This document shows, in pieces, positions 11,205 to 25,250 of a stretch of DNA of 64,000 nucleotides (the stretch's first letter is position 1; each line of letters starts with the position of its first letter). The notes beneath the pieces were generated by a model. That model was not told the DNA's origin. It saw only the letters and a list, made by a program, of their open reading frames with translations, and searched no databases. The DNA comes from Octopus vulgaris. Its lineage: Eukaryota. Position numbers and translations under genes: made by a program. The stretch is taken from positions 57,536,001-57,600,000 of the forward strand of contig OX597816.1 in the NCBI GenBank assembly GCA_951406725.2, read 5' to 3'.

Positions 11205-11260
11205 AAACTTCAGGCACGCGGCGTGGAGATGTACATTGGAATGACCACTATAGCAAGTAG
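11205..11260 (+). CDS. MEGF6: Probable terminal coding exon of the MEGF6-like gene (short tail with RGD, no transmembrane segment)
   Basis: Strong acceptor tttcttattttttgcag|. Phase 1 continues in frame as ETSGTRRGDVHWNDHYSK-TAG and is followed by UTR-like AT/A-rich sequence. Confidence 0.72.
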
Positions 11261-12400
11261 CAGAACATGACTTTCAAACTGAGACAGATGTGATAGCATA
11301 ACCTACATATCTTGTACAAAATGCTTGACCGCCAGATCAAATTTGACAGCAGGCAGTGGACATCAAGAAGAACATATGACAAACAGCCATGGCATACACA
11401 CACACATAGATTACACAGCACACACACTCACCATAAAGACTCAGTCACAGACACACACACACACATGTATGTATGCAGACACACACAGATTGGAAAAGTC
11501 TTTTTGTGGAAGACCTTGGATTCTTATGGAACCATTTTTGTTACCAAACCACTGCCACCTCAAAAGGAGATTAAAAAAAAACTGATTTCCATAAAAAATA
11601 CTTCCTCTGATAAGTTACTCTCTATATATGTGTGTATATAAGTATGCATTTATATACACTTGCATACATATAGTGTGTATAATTTATATATATATAAGCA
11701 TATACAAAAATGTGTGTATATATATAAAAACGTGTATATATAAATTTGTATATATATTTATATATAAAAGCACATATTTACACATTTTCATAAAAGTAAA
11801 TATGTACATGTATATATAATATATATATATCTTCATTCATATATAAAATAAAATGTATATATACATATTAATATGTGTATATATGCATACGTATATAAAT
11901 GTATAAATACATATAAATATGTGTATGTATGTGTCTGCATACATATATAAATGTATATATGTGTGTGTGTGTATAATTTTATATATATCATACAAATAGT
12001 TATGGTTTTTTTTTTTACTCAATAATACTGTTATATTTTTTTTTTTTTTTAAACAAAAAAAAAACAACAATGGCGTATAAAATAACCCAATTCACTTTCT
12101 GAAAGTTTCTATCTACAAAAAAAAAACTGTAAAAAACAACAACAAACAATAATGCTTAAAACAAAAAAAAACTATGAAACAAACGATTAAAAACTTAATT
12201 TAACACAGAACAAAACTGAAAAAAAAAATATTGAGGAAAAAACAAGAATGTATTATATTATCAAAAATTATTTGTATTATTGACAAATTATATTATTGAA
12301 AAATTATATTATCGAGAAAAAAGAAAATAGTGTGTAAGAATTGATTTTAAAATCTTGACAGAGAAGTTTCTGAGAAATTGTATAGAAAATATGAGAGAAA
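11261..12400 (+). other. Putative 3' UTR of the MEGF6-like gene
   Basis: Follows the TAG at 11258-11260. AT-rich, lacks recognisable SINEs, has AATAAA at 11847-11852 and A-rich tracts at 12050-12330. The 3' end is not determinable. Confidence 0.45.
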
Positions 12401-15400
12401 TAATGATGAGGGCAACAACAAGGGCAACAATAACAACTGCCTGCCTTTAAATCAGAGTCTCTTATCTTAAAAAGCTGAAGGATAGACTATAAAATAATGT
12501 AGTTGTAGGGGACCTTTTTAAATACGGGATGGTCACAGCTGGAATGTCTTTGATCATAAGGCACCTGCTCAATCAGAGCAGATCTGGGGGTTAAACAGCA
12601 ATAACATGGTAAAGGATCGGCAAATCGGGTATTGAAACAATACCTGGTGGTTGTGATATGAAGGGGTGGGGGACTTATTTCCATCATCATCAACACCATA
12701 GCAGAAAACAAGAGTAATAACACTCCGCCGCCACCCAAATTTTCTACAAATGCTCCAAGAAATTGGGTGACATCAGCGACACACAGACACACACACACAT
12801 GCCCACACCTCTCAACACTTGACACAAGCCACCTCCCTGAATGCTGTACTCCCTCACTCTCAAGAGGTCTTCTTTCACAAATTCCTTGCTGACCTCCCTA
12901 GCATCAGTGGAGCAAGAAAAAGAAAAAAAAGTAAACCACTCACTACATTCTGTAAAGTGGTTGGCACCTAGCCTTAGAAACCATGCCAAAGTAGGCATTG
13001 GCACTCAACACAGTCTGAGCTTGTCGGATTCTGTCTAACCACACTTGTTACCATGACATATGGCCGTTAAATGATCATATATATATATATATATATCATC
13101 ATCATTGTTTAATGTCCATCTTCCCTGCATGCATGGCTAGGATGAATGACAGGAGCCAGTCAGGTAGAAAAACTACCCAAGGCTACTGTGTCTGTTTTAG
13201 CAGGGATTTTACAACTGGATATTCTTCCTAACACCAACCACTCTGTCAGGCTCACAATCATGAGGTTGTGAGTTCCATTCCCGGACTGGGCTGCATATTG
13301 TGTTCTTGAGCAGGACACTATATTTCACATTGCTCCAGTTCACTCATCTGTAGAAATGAGTTGCGACATCACAAGTGTCAAGCTGTATTGGCCTTTGCCT
13401 TTCCCTTGGGGGGCTGGTATGCATGGTTGACTTTGCCTAGATTTGTGCCTTGGAGGGGAACTTTCTAGGTGCAATCCCATGGCCATTCATCACTAAATAG
13501 GGTCTTTCTATATAATGTGTGTGTAAAAAAACATACATACACAAATACATATATAGTCATCTAGAAACTTATATATTTGTCAGAAAAGTGGGCATATTAA
13601 TCTAGATCCCTTTAAGATGGTTTTTTTTAGAATTGGCTAATAATACTGTATTGAGTGTGTGTTTATTGAATCAAAAGTTGGAAGTTTACTTGCCCTAAGC
13701 CAGAGTGTTCATAGAGCAAAACTTTGAGTAGATAAAATTACATAGAACCATTAATTGTTCTGGAGAAGCTATAAGATGTTGCACAAGAACTCACCTTAGA
13801 ATGCACTGCTTCTTATAGCAGAAACAGTTGTTAGCCAATGAAGTTGATTTGATTATTAATATGCTCTGTACTCAAATCTTTACTCTAAAACATGAGTATC
13901 TTGAGTTCTAACAACTGGCTGGCTGGGTATTAGTATCACTATGCCTAATATTGATTGATATCAATCTCTACAGCCGCATGTTACACTGGCCATGCCATTC
14001 TCACCTCAGACGACCAACTCACCTCTCCTCTCTCTCTCTCTCGCTCTGGCAGCCCAGCTAAACATGTCATATCTCTCCCATCAACCATATCGTAACTATT
14101 ACCCTGCTGCTAACATCACTCTAGCTGCCCCACCTCGTGCACCTCTTCTCTTCGAACCCCTCCAAGCGTTACAGTTGTTGGCCTACATCCCTCACTTTCC
14201 CAGTCCCCCTCTCTCATCCCCACCTACTATTACTCGCCTTGTATCTAACCCCTGGACACCTCATCACTGCTATTTATCTCTTTGGAAATGCCTCCAATTC
14301 ATTATCGCTATTTTTCTCCTAAATATGAGTAGCCACAGAACTCTTCTACAAGAATCTGCTCTACTTCACCCCTTTCTCTCATAATTCAACCCCCTATAAC
14401 ACAAGGGCACACCGAACTTCCTTGAGTTTTGTAGATTCTCAAACTTTATGGAAATTTCAATAGTGTGACACAAAAAAAGGGGACCCAGTGTACACTGCAA
14501 ATTGGTTGGCACTAGGAAGGACGTCCAGACATAGAAACCATACCAAGGCAGACACTGGAGTGCAATGCAGTTCTTGGATACATCAGACTTTTGTCAAACC
14601 ATCCACCATATTCTAGCATGAAACATGGGTATTAAATGATGATGATGATGATCACACACACACACACATATTTACACATGTCTATGTTTTCAAATGAGAT
14701 GAGAGCATTCAATACAGGTGTAGAATTCCTGTTTAGGAATCCATTGAATGTTTACCGTTACTCAGAGTATGCATGGATGTGTTAATAAATGAGATTATTT
14801 CATCATCAAAGCAAAAGGCTTCATGCAGTTGATGAAATCAGCCAATTTACCAATGTTATAGTTATATAGATTGTTGCTTAACCTCCAGTCAACCTTCAGC
14901 ACCGAGCAGACATGTGATCAAAGAGGATCCTGCCAAAACCATCTCAAAGTTGTTGTTTTTTTTTTAGATATGGTGTATCTTGGAAAATACTTTCTAATGT
15001 CCCTTTTAAGACATTAAGGCATGATTTGAGGGAGATCTGGCTGGCTGCCATTGCCGGCAGGACAAACAACTATAAACATATTGTCCGTGGGTGTTCCCAG
15101 GGCTATTGTGTTAGCTCCAGCTGGGACTACACAACAACATCACAGAATCAACAATACATAGATCAACAGACTTGCAAGAAATAGCAGCCACATCTCTCAA
15201 ATCATATCTGCTACCCTGGAAAGTGAAGAATCTTTTGTTGTTTATTGTAGTTCTAGATATGTATAAATTAAAGAAAGGTTGGTCATAGCTGGAAGGGTGT
15301 TGATTACTAGATCAGAACAGACCTGGGCTTAAATAACTGAAGATTTGTTTCATATCCAAGATTCCATTTTTAACCAAATCCTGTGAAAAAGATGTAAAGA

Positions 15401-15416
15401 AATGAAGGCTCTAGAG

Positions 15417-15610
15417 CAGCTGTTCTCAACTGCAGCTCCCAGGGACGCATGTGGCCCTCACGCATCCTTCCAGTGGTCCCTAACAGAGTCTTCCCTCTAT
15501 AAATATAATAAATTTTTCTTTAATTGACTTGTGTTGTTTTCGGTGTAGCTCCCTAAAAAATATCTAGGTTTTGGACCTAGCACAGACCTTAAAAAGGTTG
15601 AGAATCACTG
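15417..15610. mobile_element. hAT-type MITE
   Basis: Termini CAGCTGTTCTCAAC / GTTGAGAATCACTG with a perfect 8-bp TSD CTCTAGAG (15409-15416 and 15611-15618). A second copy lies at 22124-22292. Confidence 0.85.
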
Positions 15611-16280
15611 CTCTAGAGAGACAGGGAACAACATTGGCAGGATCAGAAAAGCATCAAAGAATGTTATGCAGTATTTAGTTATCTCCCTTTATGTTCGGAG
15701 TTCAAATCCTGCCTTGATCGACTTTACATCATCATCATCACCATTAAACCTACATTTCTCCATGCTGGCATCATGGGTTAGGTGGTTGGACAGGGGCCAA
15801 AGAGCCACAGAACTGCACTATTCTCCAATGTTTGTTTTGACATGATTTCTATGGCTTGATGCCTTTCCTAATGCCAACCACTTTACAAAGTGTACAGGGT
15901 GTTTTTCTTATGTGGCACCAGCACCAGTGGGGTAACCAAGTAAGTTGCAAGAAAAGAACCATTCAGCTGAAGATGATAGGAATAGTACTGAGGGTGGCTT
16001 AAAGTACGAAATCAAGACGGGTACAGATGTCTTGCTGAAGAGGGGATACCTAACTACCCCAGTTGGAAGAAAGAATAGCAAAGAGATGTCAGGGCACAGC
16101 CTCTCGTATTAAAATAAATTACAAATCATATGCAAAAACTAACTGTACTGACTATGCCCACCACTAAAGAATTTGTGGTGATGTGTAGAATTATTTCAGT
16201 GGTGCAGTATATTGTGTCTTTCACCCCAAATTGCATGGTACCGAGGAATCTCCCAGGAAATGGACATGCAACTGGAATTG

Positions 16281-16328
<48 letters not shown>

Positions 16329-16696
16329 CACATAAAACTTGAACATGCACGCATATGTAACATGCATAGACACATAACTTTCGCCCACAAACATACATTA
16401 TACACAAATACACTGTTTGATCACAAACTGCCCCACTCCTATACACATGTCCATACACATAATCACACATCCATACACACACACACTTGCCCAGATATGT
16501 ACTCACTCACCCCCATTTACACATACACACCATTCTCCATACACACGTGCTTGCGCACCTTAGTTCATTGGGGTCAACATTACCATTATCATTATTATCT
16601 CCCTTTCCTTACATTCTCTCTTTTCCAGTCATCTTGCCATATTGGACCGTTGAACTCTACACATTTTTCTCTCTCCATTTTTTTTCCCCTCTTAAT

Positions 16697-16734
16697 TCTT
16701 TCTGTCGAAGAGCATAGGCTCGAAACATAAAAGA
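16697..16734 (+). ncRNA. Hammerhead-like motif, family B (core CUGUCGA)
   Basis: UCUUU CUGUCGA A GAGC-AUAG-GCUC GAAA CAUA AAAGA. Stem I UCUUU/AAAGA and stem II are intact; the core departs from consensus at A6. Confidence 0.5.
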
Positions 16735-17480
16735 CTTTTCCAGTCTTCCCAAGTATTAAACTAATACACCTGCTTGTTGTTCCTACACCTGTCTTCGTCT
16801 TTTCTTTTCTGTAAATTTGAACTATATATATGGCTGTGTAGTTAAGAAGTTAGCTTCCCTACCATGTAGTTTCTGGTTCAGTTCAATTGTGTGACACTTT
16901 GGCCGAGTGTCTCCAACTATAGCCCTAGGCTGATCAAAATCTTGTGAATAGAATTGATTTAACAGAATCTAAAAGATGTCTGTCGTTTATGTATCGAAGC
17001 ACAGGTGCCGATGCCATGTAAAAAACATCCTGTACACTCAGTGACGTGGTTGGCATTAGGAAGGACATCCAGCTGTAGAAACTGTGCCAAAGTGGAAACT
17101 GGTATGGCTCCTGGCCTAGCCAGCTCCTGTCAAATCATCCAACCCATGCCAGCAAGGAAAACAGACGTTAAATGATGATCATACACACACACATACATAT
17201 ATATATAGAGAGAGAGAGTGGGTGGCCTAGTGGCTAGGGTGTTGCACTCACGATTGCTAGATCACAGGTTCAGTTTCTAGATCGGGTGATGTGTTGTGTT
17301 CTTGAGCAAAACTCTTCATTTTACATTGGCCCAATTCACTCAGCTGCAAATGGGTCAACCGTCGAGGGAGGGGTGGGGGCTACTTGCCTCGCCTGTGGAG
17401 TGGCATCATTCAAAAGCTAAAAAAAATGTGAAATGCATTGTGACCAACAGTAACAACATCTGATAGTCTGGTCGATCACA

Positions 17481-17523
<43 letters not shown>

Positions 17524-19461
17524 TATGTTTCTTTATTACCCACAAGGGGCTAAACATAGAGGGGACAAACAAGGACAGACAAACGAATTAAGTCGATTAC
17601 AACGACCCCAGTGTGTAACTGGTACTTATTTAATCAACCCCGATTTGAACTCAGAACGTAACGGCAGACGAAATACGGCTACGCATTTCGCCCGGTGTGC
17701 TAACGGCTCTGCCAGCTCGCAGCCTAACGGTTCTGCAGCTCGCCACATGATATATATATAGTGAATACACATGTACAAACATATACATCCAGGTGTATAA
17801 TATGAGCAGGGGTAGCAAAAGCCCTCCAAGACTGGGAAAAGAAAAGGAGAAATGAAGCACAATTGTTAGGCCAGCCTCCAACAAAGGACCCGATGCAAGT
17901 ATTTAAGACAGAGTGAAAGCTTAAAAGTAGCCAATGTCCAGGTGGCGTTGGCGTTGGCGTTGGACTGGGTTGGCAGTATTACAGAAACAGTAACTTTAAT
18001 ACCTCTGCTATGCCAGAACTGTTTCCAGAAGCAAGTGCCTAGCTCCAACTATATTTGCCAGTTATGGATACACCATGAAGGAAAGACAAGTTAAACATTT
18101 GCAGCATCCATGGAGCTGCAGGGGTTGCCAGATATTGGTTAAATATAACTGTACGTGTCCACCTTAGGGCTCCCCACTTTAGATTTTCTCTAAGGGTTTA
18201 CTTCCTTAACCTCATTTTAAATGCTCAATAAATTTCCCCATAAAGCAGCAAGAGCCTATTTAGTGGGCATCATTGGTTTATGCAGAATCAGTCGCACTCT
18301 CTCCTCCTTCAAACTTGTGTTGGTCTGGGGCAACAAGTGTCACAAGCCAAGCAGTTATCAAGATGTAGGGCTTGTATAGAGTTACCTTCTCTAAGGTAAG
18401 CAGCTAAAGAGCTGGAGAGGGTCATCTGCCCTTGGTTCATCAGAGTGCCCATGGGTGACCTTTTACGACATGGTAATTAATCCATAGCTGAGATCCTAGC
18501 AGGTACCACTACTGCTAACCAGAGTAGATTATTGAACAATAACGGCTAAGTTCCACACTCCTCACAATTCTGGACTGGCACTCCATTGGTTATAATGATG
18601 CGGGTTCCCATTGATCCAATCAGTAGAACAGAAATTAACATGCAAGTGGTTGAACACTCCACAGACATGCATACCCTTAATGTAGTTCTTGGGGCGATTC
18701 AGCGTGACACAGAATGTGACATTGCTGACCCTTTGAAATACAGGTACAATTCACTTTTGCCAGCTGAGTGGACTGGAGAAGAGTGAAATGAAGAGTCTTG
18801 CTCAAGGACACAATGCCAGGAATCAAAATCACAACCTTATGATCATGAGCCGAATACCCCTAACCCTAAAGCTACATACCCTCACAACCCTAGACCCCGC
18901 AAATCAGAATTCCACAACCAGACAATCCATAGTCCTACCCAGCACAAGCTTAAGTGTATCTCCCAATAAACATTCATTAACTGGGTGTAAAAAAAAAAAG
19001 AGAGATGTGTGCAGTGATAGGTCTGTTATTTAGCTGCTGCAATTAATATATACACACAGATGTATATCAAGGGTGGATTTAGTAAATGGCAGTTGAAAGA
19101 CATCTGGTGTGTTGGCTACGTGGGTTAAGAAAGATGCTTCCCAACCAAGCAATTTCAGGTTTAATCCCATTACATTCCCAAAAGAATGTAGGTAGGTTGG
19201 TGCCTGACTAACCCCCACTTTACAAATGAAAACAAGAAATTCCCTAAATAACAACAACAAGTAAAGAAATGACCAGCCAAGACTTAGCACCTACGGACAT
19301 TTGTTTGCGAAAAATTGTTGATACACCCAATTACAAAGAGCTTAAATACTGGGCGCTGTACCTTTGACCTTTACATGGTCAAAGTAAAAGGATCAAATCC
19401 AATAATACCAAAAGCAAGAAAGACACTGTTCCATCTTGTGCAAACCTAACAAAAGAGAAAC

Positions 19462-19741
19462 ACATTATTTACATTTGATGGACATTTGTCCTCATCACGG
19501 GCAATGGTGTAGTGGTTAAGAGCATGGGCTACTAACCCGAAGATTCTGAGTTCGATTCCAGACAGTGACCTGAATATTAATACCTTAGGAATGAGAACCC
19601 AGGTTCGAAATTTTGCCAAGACACCTGATGAAGGCTGGAGAGTATATCAGCTGAAACATTTTAACAACAAACAAGATGAGGACAAATATCCATCAAATGT
19701 AAATAATGTACATAATTCCTCATCTCTTAAATATAGAACTG
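19462..19741 (+). mobile_element. tRNA-head/hammerhead-tail element with a 35-bp inverted tail fragment at its 5' side
   Basis: Inverted piece at 19462-19496, full copy at 19496-19741. The whole unit is flanked by the direct repeat AAAAGAGAAACA (19451-19462 and 19742-19753). Confidence 0.88.
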
Positions 19742-19815
19742 AAAAGAGAAACAATTACTTGTTTCCAAAGTTCTACATACATGAACAAATTCTAAACAAT
19801 AACATAATCCCAAAT

Positions 19816-20282
19816 TTAACCCTTTCGTTACTGTATTTATATTTGAGATGCTCTGTGTTTCTTTCAATTACTTTAAATATAACAAAGAATTTAGTAAAAT
19901 CACTTAGTTATCATTCAGGTAGTGTTAGGAACATAAATTGTAGCTAAGGTTTGGTGAAAGATTTTAATTCAAAACTTATGAAAACAAGACGTTTGTACTA
20001 CGGAGCCAGAAGTGGTTTCAGTTGGGTTGGTAACGAAATGGTTAAGAATTGTTTATCTATTATATATTTTAACCTTTTTTTTTTTGTTACCATATTTCTA
20101 TTGAGATGCTCTGTGTTTCTTTCAATTAATTTAAATATAACAAAGAATTTATTAAAATAACTTAGTTATCGTTCAAGTAGTGTTAGGAACATAAATTGTG
20201 ACTAAGGTTTCGTGGAAGACTTTAGTTCAGAACTTATGAAAACAAGAAATTTGTACTCAGAGCCAGTTAATGAGAGGGTTAA
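19816..20282. mobile_element. Tandem pair of piggyBac-type MITEs (same family as 1345-1817, opposite orientation)
   Basis: ttaa|CCCTTTCGTTAC...GTAACGAAATGG|ttaa, then a spacer, then a second unit ending GGG|ttaa. Confidence 0.7.
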
Positions 20283-20422
20283 TCAATGAAAAATTTCTTC
20301 AATGTACTTTTCCATAACAACTGACCATAAAAAACCTAATTACCACCCTACCTGGATCCCCCCCCCCCGTGATTTTCAACTCAACAGAGACTACATAAAG
20401 GCAAACCTAACTCAAATGCATC

Positions 20423-20467
20423 ACAGTCTGATGACGGGCTAACTGTCCGAAACTTCGAAGTCACTAT
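20423..20467 (+). ncRNA. Type I hammerhead ribozyme motif with canonical core and GUC triplet
   Basis: ACAGU CUGAUGA C GGGC-UAACU-GUCC GAA ACUUCGAAGU C ACUAU. Stem III is the perfect palindrome ACUUCGAAGU; stem I AGU/ACU is short. Confidence 0.65.
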
Positions 20468-20977
20468 CAACAACGTGCACATGCAGAGAAACATTTTATG
20501 GCAGGTAGATTATCAGCACTGGTGATGGTGACATAGGAAAAGCACCCAGTACACTCTGTAAAGTGGCTGGCTTTAGGAAGGGCACCCAACTGTAGAAACC
20601 ATGCCAAAATAGACTATGGAACTTAGTGTGGCCACTGGCCTTACCAGCTCCTATCATAGAAAAAAAGACATTAAAAAATGATGATGATGATGGCTATTAA
20701 TATACTATCTACTATTTTATATATGACAACTGAGTATAGGTTGTTTTCATTGTTGTTGTTGTTGGTGCTAGTCTCTTTGGAACATGAAGGATATCTTTAG
20801 TCCCCAGTCTCTTGTGGTGTGTCACAAATAAATCAGTGAAACAATGTCATATGTCATCCCTTTTCAACCAATAAGACCCCAACATGGTCGCTTCAAGACA
20901 ATATGCAGACTAATTGGTTCAGAGGAAATAAAAGTGAAGTTACCTATCTTTCTACCTCTCTCTCTCTCTCTCTTTAT

Positions 20978-21015
<38 letters not shown>

Positions 21016-23524
21016 GTATGAAATAAATATAAGAGAGTGGTCACTATATGGCTCACTCTAGCACTAGTTAATCCAAATATATATATTTATTTATTTAAAG
21101 GGTCAACGGATCAGGGATTGTTGTGATCTAGAGTCACTTACACAACCCTAGAAATTGGGTGACTGGTCCTTACGAAAGCTAGGGCTCAAGAAAAAAATCT
21201 TTATCTCCCTATCCCTTTGTCTGTCTGTCTGTCTATGGCTGTTTCTTTATCTCTCTGCGGTTCCCTAGTTTCCGGGTTTTTAACATTTGATCTTTAAACT
21301 TCCATTTACTTATTTCTTTACTATGAACATCAAACATGTGAAGGAGCATGGCTCAGTGGTTAGGGATATTCAGCTCGTGACCATAAGGTTGTGAGTTCAA
21401 TACCTAATAGTGTGTTGTTCCCTTAAGCAAGACACTTTATTTCATTTTGCTCCAGTCCACTCAACTAGAAAAATAAGTCATCTTCATCATTTAATGTCAG
21501 TTGTGCATGGGTTGGACCACTCACATTTTGTGTGTCACACTGAAACTTACCAAGAACTACATTATGGGGTACAAAGTGTCAGTGGAGTACTCAGCCACTA
21601 GCACATTAATTCCCTGAGCAGGCTGTTCTGCTGATCAGATCAACTGAAGCACTCTTCGTCCTAATTAACAGAGTGCTCGTTAATTAACATCAACATCATG
21701 GGCGGGGAGGGGGGGTTATCTGTTGGTTTTGTAGCTTAACCCAAGATCAACCCTGATTAACAAGAGCAGTGATCAATAGGCATTCCTACCATAACCACAC
21801 TGCAGTTTTCTCTCTGTGCATCTTTCAGATACGGTATATTTAGAAACACTTAAAACCAATTTGTTTTTAAGAAGGTAAAATGTGATTTGAGGGAGATTTA
21901 GCTACTATTTCTAGCAGGCTGAGTGATTATAAAGAGGTTTTTGTTGTTTCACTTGGAGAGATTTATGAGTTGAAGACACCAAACCATTAGCAGCAAGTGA
22001 CCCCAGGAATGTGGATATGGGGTTCTATGATATCAGATGTGTGGGTTTATATGAACTATTTCGGGAACTGGGCTCATCTCTGTCACCAGGGACCATCCCT
22101 GCTAAGAATTAGAAACCCTAAAACAGCAGTTCTCAACCATAGCTCCCAGGGACACATACAGCCCTCAACAGTTTTCCCTCTATAAATATAAATTTTTCTT
22201 TGACTTGTATTTTACCTTTTTAGGATGTGGCCCCTTAAATAAATTCCAGGTTTTGGATCTGACCTAGATATCATCAAGGTTGAGAACCACTGTCCTAAAC
22301 ATAAAGGCGGCAAAAAACCCAAGTTCTATTCAAGGAGGTTTTATTCCTTATACAGAACACTATAAACTACTACAGATATTTCACACCACCCCAGAGATGA
22401 GGAGAGGGGTAGAGTGTATTGTTATCATTCACAGTATCAACAGAACAAAACTGACTTCTAAATTTACCTGTTGTTTTCACCTGTAGATTAATAAATCTAT
22501 GGTTTTTCACCTGAAATATTTTTTCTCGATTTGTGCCTTACAAAACAATATTTCACATACACTTGTCCATACATTTTTGTTGCTTTTATTCTTTTATTGC
22601 CAACTGAAATCATTAGTCATCCACCCCGATCTTTACTCTCTAATTTCTACACCCCATACATCCACTATTTGAAATCATAGTTGTGGTCAGAGCAAGTGGC
22701 ACATAACAGTATCTGTGCCAGTGACATTAAAGCACCCATGCTAGTGAAACATAAAGGACATTCAACCATAGAAACTAAACCAAAGTCAGACTGGACCCTG
22801 GTGCAGCTTTTAAGTTTGCCAGTTCCAGTCAAATTGTCCAACCCATGCTAGCATGGAAAGCAGACGTTAAATGATATTCAATCCTTGCAAGGGTCAAATG
22901 GAATTTAAAAGATTTTCTACGGTTAAATACCCTTTCAGGGAACCATATTTTACTCGCATTTCATTTTGGCTTGCTTTCTACAATCGCATGCCTTTTCTGG
23001 CACCATCACTAGAGAGGTTGTCATGAACCTCGGCAAGACCAAACAGCTGCCTCCACTCGATTTCCACCACCACTTCACAGAGTATGCAGGATGCATTGCA
23101 TCAAAGCAGCGCTACTAGAGAAGAGATTGTCTCAACATCCTTAACAAGACTAACAGGTTCCTCTCGATTGCACACCATCTCTAGGTACCAGCACTTGGTG
23201 TGTTTCATTCAATCCTGTAACTTTAAAAGGTATTCATTCACTCAAGGCTATCTCCTTCACGTTTCTTTACATAATGATGCTTTCTTGTTAGTAAAGTTGT
23301 ATTTAATTCAAATCTATTGATTCGCTTTATCAATTATGTCAGCACCTACTTCACTGTTAATTTTAAATGCTGATGGTGTCCCCAGTATTTCTCACTTCTC
23401 AATCATTCAAGATGGTGTTTGTGTGTGTGTGTACATGTATGCTTGCATGCACATATGGGTGTGTGTGTGTGTGTATGTATGTATATGTGTACATATTTGG
23501 TTGCATGCACATATGGATGTGTGA

Positions 23525-23576
<52 letters not shown>

Positions 23577-24854
23577 TCAGCAATCACTGGACACTATTGC
23601 GTCAACTCCTAGAACTCATGAGTTCAGTTACCTGATTCCATGGAAAATACGTGACTGAGACCTGAACCCCCATCCCCACCCCCATCCTACCCCTGAAAGA
23701 GACATCAGCCCATCGCAAGGTCAGGCATTTACTGCAGCAATGTGGAATGAAGTGTTCTGCTCCAGAACACGATGCACCACCCAACCCAGGAATTGAAATC
23801 ACCATCCTGCAAATGTGAACACAACACACTAACCCACTAGGCCATGCATGAGTGTGCGTATGAAAATTCTCACAGTCACTGGAGCATGAGTCTGTTATTT
23901 GGTCAGTGACCAACTCAGCAGTAAAATTCTACCTCATCATTTAACGTCAATTTTCCATGCTGGCATGGGTTGGATAGTTTGGCTGAGGGCTAGCGAGCCA
24001 GGAGACTGCACCAGTCAGCCATCCGATCTGGCAATGTTTCTACACCTGGATGCTCTTCCTAACACCAACCATCTGAGAGTGAAGTAGGTGCTTTTTACGT
24101 GCCACTGGCACGAATGCCAGTCAGGCTGTACTGGCATCGACCACGCTTGAATGGTGCTTTTTACGTACCACCGGCATGGGACTAGTTAGGCGGCACTGGC
24201 ATCGACCACACTTGAATGGTACTTTTTACATGACACCAGCACAGGAGCCAGTCAGGTGGCACTGGCAATGATCATGCTCAAATGGTGCTCTCAGAGTGCC
24301 ACCAGCATGGGACAAGTCAAGTGGCACTGGTGGACAAATCTGCTTATGTACATGTAAATATATAACCATGTGTGAGTGTGTGTATACATGTCTCTGAGTG
24401 TGTGTATGTATGTGTCAACATGTTGATGCATCTTATAGGTTGTGTGGTAAGAAACTTGCTTCCCAACCACATGGTTCCGGGTTCAGTCCCACTGCGTGGA
24501 ACCTTGGGTAAATATCTTCTACTATAGCCTTGGGCCAACCAAAATCTTGTGAGTGGATTTAATAGACGGAAACTGAAAGAAGCCCATCGTGTGTGTATAT
24601 ATATATATATATATATTTGCTGCATCTGTGTTTGTCCCCCAACCATCACTTGACAACCAACGTTTGTGTGTTTATGTCCCTGTAACTTAACATTTTGGCC
24701 TAAGAGACTGACAGAATAAGTACTAGGCTTACAAAGAATCAGTCCTGGGGTTGATTTGTTCAACTAAAGGCGGTGCTCCAGCATGGCCACATTCAAATGA
24801 CTGAAGCAAATAAAAGAATATAGGTGTATATATTAATGTGTATGTAAAAACGTG

Positions 24855-25250
24855 TGTGACTGTCCATGTGAGTATGTTTGTGTGTGTACATGTATGTGTA
24901 TTCATGTATGTGTATGTTTATATGTCAATGCATTTTCTCCAAAAGCGTATGCATTAATGTGTATGAATATACACATGTGCAATGCGTGTATATATATATA
25001 TATATATGTGCGTGTGTGGGGGGGTAGGTGGGTGTATGTGTGTGTGAGGCAGTCCATGTGAAAATGTGTGTACATACATGTGACTGTGTGCATGTGTTTG
25101 TGTGACAGTCCATGTGAGAATGTGTGTACATGCATGTAAGTGTGTGTGTGCAACAGTCCATGTGAGAATATGTACGTGCATGTGTGTGACTGTCCATATG
25201 AGAATGTGTGTACATGCATATGCATTGTGTGAGACTGTGAGTACATGCAT
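24855..25250. repeat. Degenerate ~40 bp minisatellite (GACTGTCCATGTGAGAATGTGTGTACATGCATGT)
   Basis: At least five diverged units, read directly. Confidence 0.75.
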
